The translations under genes and the position numbers were made by a program. Source: Candidatus Saccharicenans sp. (GTDB lineage: Bacteria > Acidobacteriota > Aminicenantia > Aminicenantales > Saccharicenantaceae). From it: DNA of 64,000 bases. The stretch lies in assembly GCA_026414545.1 (NCBI GenBank), contig JAOAIU010000062.1, forward strand, positions 30,255 to 94,254. Direction: 5' to 3'. Under the pieces are notes generated by a model that made no database searches, had not been told where the DNA came from, and saw nothing but the letters and a program-made list of their open reading frames with translations. Of the stretch, positions 37,466-47,040 are shown piece by piece (the first letter of the stretch is position 1; each line of letters starts with the position of its first letter).

Positions 37466-38448
37466 CAGATCCGCGGCAGCAGTTCCGAGGTCAGGGGCTC
37501 CAGGAGCCTCAGACCGCCGCTTGAAGTTCGCAGCAGGGCTTCGCCTTTTCGCCCGATTCTATCCTGGACTTCCCCGATGATGGCTGCCTGCCGGGAAGGC
37601 GCTTGCTTTTTAAGGATATTCAGTACCCGTTTAGCTTCGGATTCTTTAACCACTATGAGGGCCCTACCCTCGCAGGCCAGGTAGAGCGGGTCAATTCCCA
37701 GGATTTCAATCGCTCCTTTAAGAGCCCTGGAAACCGGAATAGCTTCTTCTTCAACCAAAACGGGAAAGCCAATTTTGCCGGCCAGCTCGGACAGCACGGT
37801 GGCCAGCCCTCCCCGGGTGATATCCCTCATCCAGAGAACTCCCTTTTTCCACAGGGGGAGGAGAAAAAGTAAAGGCCCACAATCGCTCCTGACCCGGGAA
37901 GACATTCTAAAATTATTCCTGGCCAGCATGATGGCCAGCCCATGTTCCCCGACCGGTCCGGTCACCAGGAGCCGGTCGCCAGGCTTGATTTTTTCCGGCC
38001 GTGGCCGTCCTACCAGGTGTCCGATTCCGGCAGTGTTGATGTAAATCTTGTCGGCCTGGCCCCGGGGCACTACCTTGGTGTCGCCGGTGACTATCTTCAC
38101 CCGGTTCCTGGAGGCGGTCCTTTTGATAGAAGCCAGGATTTTTTCCAGGATTTCCATTTCCAGGCCTTCTTCAATTATCAGGGCCAGGGACAGATATTCG
38201 GGTCTGGCTCCGGAGACCACCAGATCATTCACCGTTCCGTTTACGCTCAGGGTACCGATATCGCCCCCCGGAAAGAAGATGGGGTCGACCGTGTAGGAAT
38301 CGGTGGTCAGAGCCAGGCTGTCCGGTAGCAGGGCTGAATCATGAAGGACTTTAAGGTAAGGGTTCTTGAATAAGGGCAGCAACTTTTCATTTATAAATTC
38401 CTGCATCAGGCGGCCGCCGCTGCCCATTTCCAGGCTGACCTTTTTCAT
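37462..38448 (-). CDS. hypE: hydrogenase maturation protein HypE
   Basis: 328 aa. PurM-like fold with the diagnostic C-terminal ..LPRIC. Its stop overlaps the convergent epimerase stop. Confidence 0.93.
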   Translation of the reverse strand: MKKVSLEMGSGGRLMQEFINEKLLPLFKNPYLKVLHDSALLPDSLALTTDSYTVDPIFFPGGDIGTLSVNGTVNDLVVSGARPEYLSLALIIEEGLEMEILEKILASIKRTASRNRVKIVTGDTKVVPRGQADKIYINTAGIGHLVGRPRPEKIKPGDRLLVTGPVGEHGLAIMLARNNFRMSSRVRSDCGPLLFLLPLWKKGVLWMRDITRGGLATVLSELAGKIGFPVLVEEEAIPVSRALKGAIEILGIDPLYLACEGRALIVVKESEAKRVLNILKKQAPSRQAAIIGEVQDRIGRKGEALLRTSSGGLRLLEPLTSELLPRIC

Positions 38449-39584
38449 TTCTTTTTTGCTCCGGATGAGTATTTGTATTCAATCAAGCAGGCGCCTTCGT
38501 AAGATACCATGCACGGGCCAAGGGGATGGTCGGGATTACAGACTCGGCCAAAAAGCGGGCAATCTACCGGTTCGAGCAGGCCCTTCAATACCTCCCCACA
38601 CCGACAGCTCGATTGGAGAGACTTGCCGGGTTGGAGTGCCAGGTCAAATTTACGGACCGCATCCAGCGCCTGCCAGCATGGCTTCAGGCGCAGGCCACTG
38701 TTTTTGATGTGGCCCAGGCCTCGCCAGTCTGCGTGGTAGGGCTCCAGCATTTCTGCCATCAAAGCCAGGGCCACGGGATTGCCCTCAACCTGAACCACGC
38801 GGCGGTATTCGTTGGCCACTTCCGGCCGACCCTGTTTTATCTGCCTGACCACCGAAAGAATGCCCAGAAGCACATCAGCCGGCTCAAATCCGGCTATGGC
38901 CCCCGGCGTCCTGAATTCTTCAGCCACGAAACGGTAGGCCTGCTGGCCAATGATGACGCTGACGTGCCCGGGATAGATAAAGCCGTCGATGGCCACCTGG
39001 CCCGATTGCAGGATGGCTTTTAAGGCCGGGGGAATCAACCACAGGGCCGCCAGCAAGGAAAAATTCTTAAGGTTCTCAGAGGCTGCTCTTTTGACGGTAA
39101 AGGCGATGGCGGGAATGGTGGTTTCGAACCCCGCCCCAAAAAATATTACTTCCTTACCCGGGTTTTTTTGGGCCAGCTCCAAAGCTTCTTCGGGAGAATA
39201 GACAATCCTGATTTCAGAACCGGCGGAGGGAACTGTGGTCTGCAAAGAACCCCTCGCGGTCGGCACCCGGGTCAGGTCCCCGAAGGTGGCTATCAAGATG
39301 TTATTATTAGAGGTTACCAGGTCGATGATGGCTTCGTGGTAGTAATCGGGAGTGATACAGACCGGGCAACCGGGACCAGAAATCATCACCACCCCTGCTT
39401 CCCGGAGCAACGGTTTTAAGCCGGAACGGTACAGGGTCATGGTATGGGTGCCGCAGACTTCCATGATTCTCAATGGCCGGTCTAGGCCTCTGGTTTCCCT
39501 GCGGATGGCTTCCAGGATGCCTTTTACAGTGGAGCCTGAGCGCCAGTCGGAAAACGGTTCCTTTGATGGCTTTCTGGGAGTCAT
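38445..39584 (-). CDS. hypD: hydrogenase maturation protein HypD
   Basis: 379 aa. Contains EVCGTHT, GPGCPVCITP and PCMVSYEGAC. Confidence 0.93.
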   Translation of the reverse strand: MTPRKPSKEPFSDWRSGSTVKGILEAIRRETRGLDRPLRIMEVCGTHTMTLYRSGLKPLLREAGVVMISGPGCPVCITPDYYHEAIIDLVTSNNNILIATFGDLTRVPTARGSLQTTVPSAGSEIRIVYSPEEALELAQKNPGKEVIFFGAGFETTIPAIAFTVKRAASENLKNFSLLAALWLIPPALKAILQSGQVAIDGFIYPGHVSVIIGQQAYRFVAEEFRTPGAIAGFEPADVLLGILSVVRQIKQGRPEVANEYRRVVQVEGNPVALALMAEMLEPYHADWRGLGHIKNSGLRLKPCWQALDAVRKFDLALQPGKSLQSSCRCGEVLKGLLEPVDCPLFGRVCNPDHPLGPCMVSYEGACLIEYKYSSGAKKK

Positions 39585-39587
39585 GTG

Positions 39588-39818
39588 TCAGTCTGCCGGC
39601 CCGAGTTTTTCCAGCTCCTTGAAGAGCTTCAGGGTACGGCGGGCTTCCTTCTGGTCCAGCCGGGAAATGGCAAAGCCGGCGTGAACTATTACCCAGTCGC
39701 CCACTTTTACCCCGGGGAGAAGAGAGAAGTTGGCCAGCACGGTAGTTCCCAGGTAATCAACTTTACCGGTGCCGTTGCTTTCCAGGCTGACCACTTTTCC
39801 CGGCACGGCCAGACACAT
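39588..39818 (-). CDS. hypC: hydrogenase maturation chaperone HypC
   Basis: Start moved to ATG 39818 (GGAGGA upstream), giving the invariant MCLAVPGKVV N-terminus. 76 aa. Confidence 0.9.
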   Translation of the reverse strand: MCLAVPGKVVSLESNGTGKVDYLGTTVLANFSLLPGVKVGDWVIVHAGFAISRLDQKEARRTLKLFKELEKLGPAD

Positions 39819-39909
39819 CTTTTCCTCCAGGCTGTAAGATACCAGAAAGGATAGGTCCTGTCCACCGCCCCGGTCAGCCTTTTTGACAATTCGGCAGGGC
39901 CTCCTTATA

Positions 39910-40704
39910 ATGTTTTTCATGTTTGATACCTTGGAAGGCTACATCCAGCCTGGAACCGTGGAAGCAGAGCTGGTCAGGCAGATAGATTTTTCCCGGCTTC
40001 CGGCTCATGTGGCCATTATCATGGATGGGAACGGCCGCTGGGCCAATCAGAGGAACCTGCCCAGAACAGAAGGTCATAAGGCCGGGAGCGAATCGGTAAA
40101 AGAAGCGGTAGAAGCGGCTGCCCGCCTGGGAATTAAATACCTGACTCTTTATGCCTTTTCCCGGGAAAACTGGAAAAGGCCTGAAGATGAGGTCAATACC
40201 CTCTGGGGCCTGCTCCGGAAATACCTGGCAGAAGAAAGCCGGGTGCTTGTGGAAAATGACTTGAGGCTCAAAGTGATAGGGGAGAGAAGCGGTATCCCGT
40301 ACCTGGTCAGGCGGGAGCTGGCCCGGGTTGAAAGGCAGACCTGCCATAACCGCCGGATGACGGTGGTGCTGGCCTTAAATTATGGCGGTCGCCAGGAAAT
40401 AATCAAGGCCATTAAGAAAATGGTCCGGAGGAAGAGCCGGCTGGATGAAATCGACGAAGACCTGTTCGCTCGTTATCTCGACACGGCGGGTATACCCGAC
40501 CCCGACCTGCTGATCAGGACCAGTGGTGAAATGAGGTTGAGCAATTTTCTTCTCTGGCAGTCAGCCTACACTGAATTGTGGGTGACCCCTGTTCTCTGGC
40601 CCGATTTCCGGAAAAAAGACCTGTTGCAGGCGATTGTTGATTACCAGAGAAGAGAGAGAAGATTCGGCGGGGTGGAACCGGTTCAGAAGAAAGGCAGGCA
40701 ATAG
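39910..40704 (+). CDS. uppS: isoprenyl transferase (undecaprenyl-diphosphate synthase)
   Basis: Contains HVAIIMDGNGRWA, TLYAFSRENWKRP and IRTSGEMRLSNFLLWQ. The start is ambiguous (ATG 39910 or 39919). Confidence 0.92.
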   Translation: MFFMFDTLEGYIQPGTVEAELVRQIDFSRLPAHVAIIMDGNGRWANQRNLPRTEGHKAGSESVKEAVEAAARLGIKYLTLYAFSRENWKRPEDEVNTLWGLLRKYLAEESRVLVENDLRLKVIGERSGIPYLVRRELARVERQTCHNRRMTVVLALNYGGRQEIIKAIKKMVRRKSRLDEIDEDLFARYLDTAGIPDPDLLIRTSGEMRLSNFLLWQSAYTELWVTPVLWPDFRKKDLLQAIVDYQRRERRFGGVEPVQKKGRQ

Positions 40705-40705
40705 C

Positions 40706-41515
40706 ATGGGACTCTGGCAGAGAACCAAGACGGCCGTCATCATACTCGGAGTTTTATTTGTCATTATTCAGTTCGCTCCGCCCTGGGTTTTTTTCCTGGC
40801 TCTGCAGCTGACCATAATCGGTGGCCTGCTCGAATTTTATAGCCTGAGCAATCGTCGGAAATTTTATCCCAAGAAGCTCCTGGGTTGCCTGTTCGCCCTG
40901 ATCATCGGGGCCACCTTTTATTTTGACAGTTTCCCTTTTCTGCTCGGCTTCACGGTCATGACCCTGATAACCTTCGTCTATTATGTCATAGATACCAATA
41001 GCCTGGAAAAACTGGCCCTATTTCCCGGTTCTTTCAGCCTGACCCTGGCTGGCCTGGTTTACGTCAGCCTGACCATGAATTTTCTCTACTGGGTCAGGCG
41101 CGATTTCGGTGTGCTCTGGCTTTATCTTTTGTTTGCGGTCATTTCGCTGGGAGATACGGGGGCCTTCCTGCTGGGCAAGACTTTTGGCCGGAGAAAGATG
41201 ACTCCCATTGCCAGTCCGAACAAGACCTGGGAAGGAGCCTTGGGGGGCCTGCTCTGGGCAGCAGCTGGTGGCTGGCTGGCCCGGACCGTTCTCCTGCCCC
41301 GGTTCCCGCTGCTGGAGATTATCGTTTTAAGTGTTGTGGTTCATGCCGCGGCCCAGGTGGCCGACCCGCTGGAGTCTCTGTTCAAGCGAGCGGCCGGCGT
41401 CAAAGATTCTTCCAACCTGGTTCCAGGCCACGGAGGCATCCTGGACAGGATAGACAGTTTTACCCTGGCTGCTCCAGTCTTTTATTATTTGATGAAGCTC
41501 CTGATCATGAAATAA
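40706..41515 (+). CDS. cdsA: phosphatidate cytidylyltransferase
   Basis: Start at ATG 40706, immediately after the uppS stop. Polytopic membrane protein with SPNKTWEG and GHGGILDRIDS. Confidence 0.92.
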   Translation: MGLWQRTKTAVIILGVLFVIIQFAPPWVFFLALQLTIIGGLLEFYSLSNRRKFYPKKLLGCLFALIIGATFYFDSFPFLLGFTVMTLITFVYYVIDTNSLEKLALFPGSFSLTLAGLVYVSLTMNFLYWVRRDFGVLWLYLLFAVISLGDTGAFLLGKTFGRRKMTPIASPNKTWEGALGGLLWAAAGGWLARTVLLPRFPLLEIIVLSVVVHAAAQVADPLESLFKRAAGVKDSSNLVPGHGGILDRIDSFTLAAPVFYYLMKLLIMK

Positions 41516-41532
41516 ACTGAAACCTGGTCCTC

Positions 41533-42714
41533 ATGAGAGAAAAAAAAAGACGCCTGGCTATTCTCGGTAGCACCGGTTCAATCGGGCAGAGTACCCTGGA
41601 AGTTATCCGGCGCTTTAAGGACAGGTATGCGGTCGTCGGCCTGGTGGCCGGGCGAAATACCGGGTTACTGGCCGAACAGGTTGTTGAGTTCCGGCCGGAA
41701 GTGGTGGCCGTGGAAAGCGAGAAACAGGTCGGGGAACTCAAAAGAAAGCTTGGCCGTTTTAAGGTAGAGATTCTGTGTGGAGAGGATGGCTACGAAGAAG
41801 TTGCCGCCAACACCAAAACAGATATGGTGGTTTCGGCCATTACCGGGATAGCCGGTTTGAAACCCACCCTGGCTGCCCTGAGAAAGGGAAAGGACCTGGC
41901 CCTGGCCAACAAGGAATCGATGGTGGTGGCCGGGTCTCTGATCAGGAAAATCGCCGCCGGTTCTGGCAGCCGGGTCATCCCGGTCGATAGCGAGCATTCG
42001 GGCGTTTTTCAGTGCCTTAATGGTAAAGATAAGAAATTTATTAAGAGAGTTTATCTGACTGCATCCGGCGGGCCGTTCTTGAAGGTGCCGCTTGAAGACC
42101 TGGCCGGGAAAACCCTGGCCGAGGCCCTGAAACATCCCCGCTGGAAAATGGGACGGAAGGTGACCATCGATTCGGCCACCATGATGAACAAAGGCCTGGA
42201 ACTGATTGAAGCCAGGTGGCTGTTCAACCTGAGGCCCGAGCAGCTGGGGGTGCTAATACATCCCCAGAGCGTCGTTCATGCTCTGGTTGAATTCCTTGAT
42301 GGGTCGGTCCTGGCCCAGCTGAGCCAGACCGACATGAGAATTCCGATTCAGTATGCCCTGAGCTACCCAGAACGCCTGGACTCACCGCTGCCCTCTCTGG
42401 ACCTGACAGAAGTTAAATCCCTGGAATTTTTTCCGGTCGACGAAAGCAGATTTCCGCTTTTCGGCCTGGCCCGGAAGGCCCTGTCCGCCGGGCTTAGTTT
42501 CCCGGTGGTCCTTAATGCGGCCAACGAGGTCGCGGTCCAGGCCTTTCTTGAAGAAAAGATCTCGTTCGGTGAGATTTTTGGAATAGTCAACCATTGTCTC
42601 AACCAACACCGACCCCGGGCTCTGGTTGAACTGGACGACATTCTGACCATCGACCGGGAGACCAGGGAACAGGCCCAGCATTACCTAAAAAGAATGAAAG
42701 GGAATATATCATGA
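41533..42714 (+). CDS. dxr: 1-deoxy-D-xylulose-5-phosphate reductoisomerase
   Basis: 393 aa. Contains ILGSTGSIGQSTL, LANKES, DSEHS and HPRWKMG. Confidence 0.96.
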   Translation: MREKKRRLAILGSTGSIGQSTLEVIRRFKDRYAVVGLVAGRNTGLLAEQVVEFRPEVVAVESEKQVGELKRKLGRFKVEILCGEDGYEEVAANTKTDMVVSAITGIAGLKPTLAALRKGKDLALANKESMVVAGSLIRKIAAGSGSRVIPVDSEHSGVFQCLNGKDKKFIKRVYLTASGGPFLKVPLEDLAGKTLAEALKHPRWKMGRKVTIDSATMMNKGLELIEARWLFNLRPEQLGVLIHPQSVVHALVEFLDGSVLAQLSQTDMRIPIQYALSYPERLDSPLPSLDLTEVKSLEFFPVDESRFPLFGLARKALSAGLSFPVVLNAANEVAVQAFLEEKISFGEIFGIVNHCLNQHRPRALVELDDILTIDRETREQAQHYLKRMKGNIS

Positions 42715-44039
42715 CCATATTGGGCACCATCGTTGCTTTTCTGATCGTTTTTGGAATCCTGGTGTTCGTCCATGAGTTTGGTCACTTTTTCATGGCCAAG
42801 CTGGTGGGCGTCAAGGTGGAGGTCTTTTCCTTTGGTTACGGCAAAAGGCTCTTCGGCCTCAAAAAAGGAGATACTGATTACCGGGTCAGCCTGATTCCCA
42901 TGGGCGGCTATGTCAGGCTGCTGGGAGAGGGACTGTTCGAAAAGGACCGGCCTATTACTCCTGACGACTTCATGGCCAAAAACCGATTTGAGAGGTTTCT
43001 CATCCTGGTTATGGGATCCATCATGAACATACTGCTGGCCATAATCCTGGTGTCGATCCTCAATATGGTCGGGGTAACTGTTCCCGAATATCAGGAACAG
43101 GCTCCGGTCATAGGCTGGGTTGATTCCGGTTCCCCGGCCGAGAGAGCCGGCTTACTAGTGGGAGATGAAATTCTTGAAATCAACGGCCGGGCAGTGAAGA
43201 CCTGGAACGATGTGGAAATTGCCGTGGGGTCAAAGCCAGGAAGAGAAATCCTGGTGACGATAAGAAGGGGAGGGGAGAGGCTGCAAGTCCCGTTGAAGAC
43301 TGACAAGATTACCAAATACGAGATGGGCTATGCCGGGTTCAGGGCTCATATCCTGACTCAGATCATGATGGTCAACCCTGGTTCGCCGGCGGAAAAAGCC
43401 GGGCTTCAGCCTGGTGATGTGATCCTGGCAGTTAACGGCGAGCCTGTCTTTTTCTACAATTTTGTTAAGAGGATTGAAGAAAGCCCGGAAAAGCCCCTGG
43501 TGCTCACAGTGGAAAGACAGGGCCAGAAGCTCGACCTGACCGTGGTCCCAAGGAAAGAAGGCAATGTGGGCAAAATCGGAATTCTGCAGGGAGCCAAATC
43601 TGTTACCAGAAAGTATCCCTTTTTCGAAGCTGTGGCCCAGAGTCTCAGGGAAAATGCCCGGAATACCTTCCTGGTCTTCAACTTCCTGAAAGACCTGTTT
43701 ACCGGGCAAGCCTCGACCAGGCAACTGGGTGGACCGATTGAAATCGCCAGCCTGTCGCATGCGGCCATGAAGATGGGCCTGCTGGCCATGATGAGCTGGA
43801 TTGCCATCATCAGCCTGCAGCTGGGCATCCTCAACCTGCTTCCTATTCCGGTTTTTGACGGCGGGCAGATTTTTGTCCTGATGATCGAAGGTCTGATCAG
43901 AAGGGACCTCAGCCCGAAAATGAGGGAAATCTGGATGCAGATCGGCTTCGTGATTTTCGTCTTCATAATCGTCTTTGTCATTCTGAATGACATCGTTAAG
44001 AGGTTGCCCAGCGGTTGGAAGAGCCTGGTTCCCTTCTGA
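42711..44039 (+). CDS. rseP: RIP site-2 metalloprotease RseP (two PDZ domains)
   Basis: 442 aa. Contains HEFGHF and NLLPIPVFDGG. ATGA overlap with dxr. Confidence 0.93.
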   Translation: MTILGTIVAFLIVFGILVFVHEFGHFFMAKLVGVKVEVFSFGYGKRLFGLKKGDTDYRVSLIPMGGYVRLLGEGLFEKDRPITPDDFMAKNRFERFLILVMGSIMNILLAIILVSILNMVGVTVPEYQEQAPVIGWVDSGSPAERAGLLVGDEILEINGRAVKTWNDVEIAVGSKPGREILVTIRRGGERLQVPLKTDKITKYEMGYAGFRAHILTQIMMVNPGSPAEKAGLQPGDVILAVNGEPVFFYNFVKRIEESPEKPLVLTVERQGQKLDLTVVPRKEGNVGKIGILQGAKSVTRKYPFFEAVAQSLRENARNTFLVFNFLKDLFTGQASTRQLGGPIEIASLSHAAMKMGLLAMMSWIAIISLQLGILNLLPIPVFDGGQIFVLMIEGLIRRDLSPKMREIWMQIGFVIFVFIIVFVILNDIVKRLPSGWKSLVPF

Positions 44040-44050
44040 GCGGAAGGCCA

Positions 44051-45175
44051 ATGAGAAGCATGTATGAACCTTATCCTCGGCGTCAGACCAGAGTCGTGCG
44101 GGTCGGGTCGGTGGTGATAGGGGGCGGAGCTCCTATCGTTGTTCAGTCCATGACCAAGACCAGAACAGCGGACGTCAGGGCTACGGTAGCTCAAATAAGG
44201 AGACTGGAGAGAGCGGGTTGCCAGCTGGTCAGAGTGGCTGTTCCTGGTAGAGATGAGGCTCTGGCCATCAAGAAAATCAAGCAGAATATATCTATTCCGG
44301 TCATTGCCGATATACATTTCAATCCCCGGCTGGCCATCCTGGCTCTGGAGGCCGGGGCCGACGCCTTGAGAATCAACCCCGGGACATTCGGTTCAAAGGA
44401 AAAACTGAAAGATGTTGTCCGTCTGGCTGCTGAACGTAAGGCGGCCATCCGGGTGGGGGTTAACTCTGGTTCGCTGGAAAAAGACCTTCTGGCCAGGTAT
44501 GGGCAGGTAACGGCCGAGGCCTTAGTGGAAAGCGCCCTGCGCCAGGTCAGACAGCTTGAAGACCTGGGCTTTTATGAAATCAAGATTTCGTTGAAAGCCT
44601 CTGATATTCAAAGGACAGTAGAAGCTTACCGGTTGCTGGCCGACAAGGTGGATTATCCCTTTCACGCCGGGATTACTGAAGCCGGCACCCTGCTCCGGGG
44701 GAGTATCAAATCGGCTGCCGGTCTGGCCCTGCTCCTTAGCCAGGGTCTGGCTGACACCATCAGGGTATCTCTGACCGCCCCGCCCGAGAGGGAAGTTCAG
44801 GTTGCCTATGAAATCTTGAGAAGCCTGGGCTTGGAGAGCAAAGGAGTAAATTTTATTTCTTGCCCGGGTTGCGGACGGACAGAAGTCAACCTGAGGCAAA
44901 TTGCGGCCGCCGTGGAGAGAAAGCTATCTGGTATAGATACCAGAATAACCGTGGCCGTCATGGGCTGCCCGGTTAACGGCCCGGGTGAAGCCAGGGAAGC
45001 AGATGTCGGCGTGGCCTGCGGTCGGGGAGCCGGAGTTATCTTCAAGCGGGGGCGTGTGGTTAAAAGAGTACCCGAGCCGGAAATCGTAGAAGCACTGGTG
45101 AGGGAAGTTAAGACCATGGCCAGAGAGCTGGGGAGGAAAAGCAACGAGGTTGGGGATGAAAGTATAAAGGGGTAG
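44051..45175 (+). CDS. ispG: 4-hydroxy-3-methylbut-2-en-1-yl diphosphate synthase (flavodoxin)
   Basis: Start at ATG 44051 (MRSMYEPYPRRQTRVV). Contains ADIHF, INPGT, SCPGCGRT and GCPVNGPGE. Confidence 0.95.
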   Translation: MRSMYEPYPRRQTRVVRVGSVVIGGGAPIVVQSMTKTRTADVRATVAQIRRLERAGCQLVRVAVPGRDEALAIKKIKQNISIPVIADIHFNPRLAILALEAGADALRINPGTFGSKEKLKDVVRLAAERKAAIRVGVNSGSLEKDLLARYGQVTAEALVESALRQVRQLEDLGFYEIKISLKASDIQRTVEAYRLLADKVDYPFHAGITEAGTLLRGSIKSAAGLALLLSQGLADTIRVSLTAPPEREVQVAYEILRSLGLESKGVNFISCPGCGRTEVNLRQIAAAVERKLSGIDTRITVAVMGCPVNGPGEAREADVGVACGRGAGVIFKRGRVVKRVPEPEIVEALVREVKTMARELGRKSNEVGDESIKG

Positions 45176-45182
45176 CCGGGAA

Positions 45183-46028
45183 TTGAGTCATCAAGGCAAA
45201 GAAGTCCTGAGGCTGAGTAAAGAAGTACTGGCCAAGTACCAGCACCTGATTAAGATATTGAAATCAGGCGATAGTCTGCTGGTTGCCTTTTCCGGCGGGG
45301 TGGACAGCAGCCTGCTGCTAAAAGCGGCGGTTGAGTCGGGAGTGAAGGTCCTGGCTGTCACCGTGGATTCGCCCATTCACCACAGGGAAGAAATAAGCTT
45401 GGCCCGAAGTTTGGCCAGAAAGCTCGGGGTGCCTCACCGCCTTCTTAGGTCAGATAATCATCTCAGGGAAGATTTTAAGAAGAACGACCTTCTGCGCTGT
45501 TATTACTGCAAGCGAGCCATTTTTACCAGCCTCAAGGAGTTAGCCAAAAAGGAAGGGCTATCGGTGGTGGTTGAGGGCTCCAACCTGGACGACGAGCGTG
45601 ATTACCGCCCGGGTGAAAAGGCCCTGGCCGAGCTGGGCATTCTTTCTCCCTTGAAAGAGGCCCGCCTGGGCAAGCGGGAAATAAGGTCGCTGGCCAGGTT
45701 CTTCGGCCTGCCCAACTGGGACCGGCCGGCTAATGCCTGCCTGGCCACCAGGATCCCTTACGGCCAGCCAGTAGAACCGGAATGGTTGAATCGAATTGCC
45801 GCCGGCGAAAGCTTTCTGAGGAAAATGGGCTTTTCTCAAGTGCGGCTGCGCCACCATGGCGAGCTGGTCAGGATAGAAGTCTGGCCTCAGGAGATTTCCC
45901 TGGCCCTCAAAAAGCCGAACAGGGAGAGGATAATACGGAAATTGAAGAAGCTCGGCTGGAAATATGTCGCTTTCGACCTGGAAGGTTATCGCACCGGAAG
46001 CTTTAACCCGGACGGGCTGAAAATCTAA
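45183..46028 (+). CDS. larE: LarE-family PP-loop ATP-dependent sulfur transferase (three-Cys, putative [4Fe-4S] type)
   Basis: 281 aa. PP-loop AFSGGVDSS. Cys106/Cys109 (LRCYYCK) plus Cys186 (NACLATR). Confidence 0.82.
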   Translation: MSHQGKEVLRLSKEVLAKYQHLIKILKSGDSLLVAFSGGVDSSLLLKAAVESGVKVLAVTVDSPIHHREEISLARSLARKLGVPHRLLRSDNHLREDFKKNDLLRCYYCKRAIFTSLKELAKKEGLSVVVEGSNLDDERDYRPGEKALAELGILSPLKEARLGKREIRSLARFFGLPNWDRPANACLATRIPYGQPVEPEWLNRIAAGESFLRKMGFSQVRLRHHGELVRIEVWPQEISLALKKPNRERIIRKLKKLGWKYVAFDLEGYRTGSFNPDGLKI

Positions 46029-46052
46029 GAATTTACAGGTAAGAATCAAGTA

Positions 46053-47027
46053 TTAGGCATTTTCAGCCGGCTCCACCAGGTAGGCTGGCCTTTCGCCCCT
46101 CAGTCCTCGCAGCAGGTTGTCGACGGCCATGAAGCACATCTTCCGCCTGGTTTCATGGGTAGCGCTGCCGATATGGGGCAACAGGACCACATTTTCCAGC
46201 TTCAGGAGTTCTGGTTCTATGGCCGGTTCATTTTCATAAACATCAAGGCCGGCTCCCCAGATTTGTCTTGTCTTGAGAGCTTCAACCAGCGCCTTTTCGT
46301 CAACTATGGGGCCGCGGGCCACGTTAATCAGGACTGCAGTTTTTTTCATCAGTTTGAAACGCTCTGAGGAAATCAGGTGGCGAGATTCTGATGTCAGTGA
46401 AGCATGGATAGAGATGATATCAGACTCACGGACCAGGTCATCCAGTGAACGGAATTCCACACCCAGTTCTTTTTCCAGAGATGCTTCCAGCCGTTTGGGG
46501 TCGTGGTATATAATCCCCAGATTGAAGGCCCTGGCCCTCTTAGCTACTGCCTTTCCTATTCGGCCTAAACCTATGAGCCCCAGGGTCTTGCCCGCCAATT
46601 CCAGGCCCAGGAACAGGTCAATCTTCCAGCCCCCGAACCTGCCTTCCCGACAGAACCGGTCGGCCTCAACCAGGCGCCTGGTAGTGGCCAGGATCAGACC
46701 CATGGTCAGGTCGGCCGTAGCCTCGGTCAGAACATCCGGGGTATTGGTAACCAGCAGACCCCGGCTCCAGGCGTACTTAAGGTCGATGTTATTCACCCCG
46801 ACGGCGCAGTTGGAAATGATTTTCAGTTCCGGAGCCCGATCCAGCACCTCCCGGTCAATGACGTCAGTCAGGAAACAGAGCAGGCCCTGCTTATTGGTTA
46901 TTCTGGCCAGGAGCTCTTCCCTGGGAAGGATCATTTCTTCAGTAGCCAGTTCCAGGTCCACCTGACTCGATAGATAGTCCATGGCCTCAGGCAAAAGAGG
47001 ATGGGTTAACAGGACTTTCGGTTTCAT
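46053..47027 (-). CDS. D-isomer-specific 2-hydroxyacid dehydrogenase (glyoxylate/hydroxypyruvate reductase-like)
   Basis: Start at ATG 47027 (AGGGAGG upstream; MKPKVLLTHPL). NAD motif GLIGLGRIG. Catalytic region ARGPIVDE..PHIGSAT. Confidence 0.9.
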   Translation of the reverse strand: MKPKVLLTHPLLPEAMDYLSSQVDLELATEEMILPREELLARITNKQGLLCFLTDVIDREVLDRAPELKIISNCAVGVNNIDLKYAWSRGLLVTNTPDVLTEATADLTMGLILATTRRLVEADRFCREGRFGGWKIDLFLGLELAGKTLGLIGLGRIGKAVAKRARAFNLGIIYHDPKRLEASLEKELGVEFRSLDDLVRESDIISIHASLTSESRHLISSERFKLMKKTAVLINVARGPIVDEKALVEALKTRQIWGAGLDVYENEPAIEPELLKLENVVLLPHIGSATHETRRKMCFMAVDNLLRGLRGERPAYLVEPAENA

Positions 47028-47040
47028 CAGGAGCCTCCCT

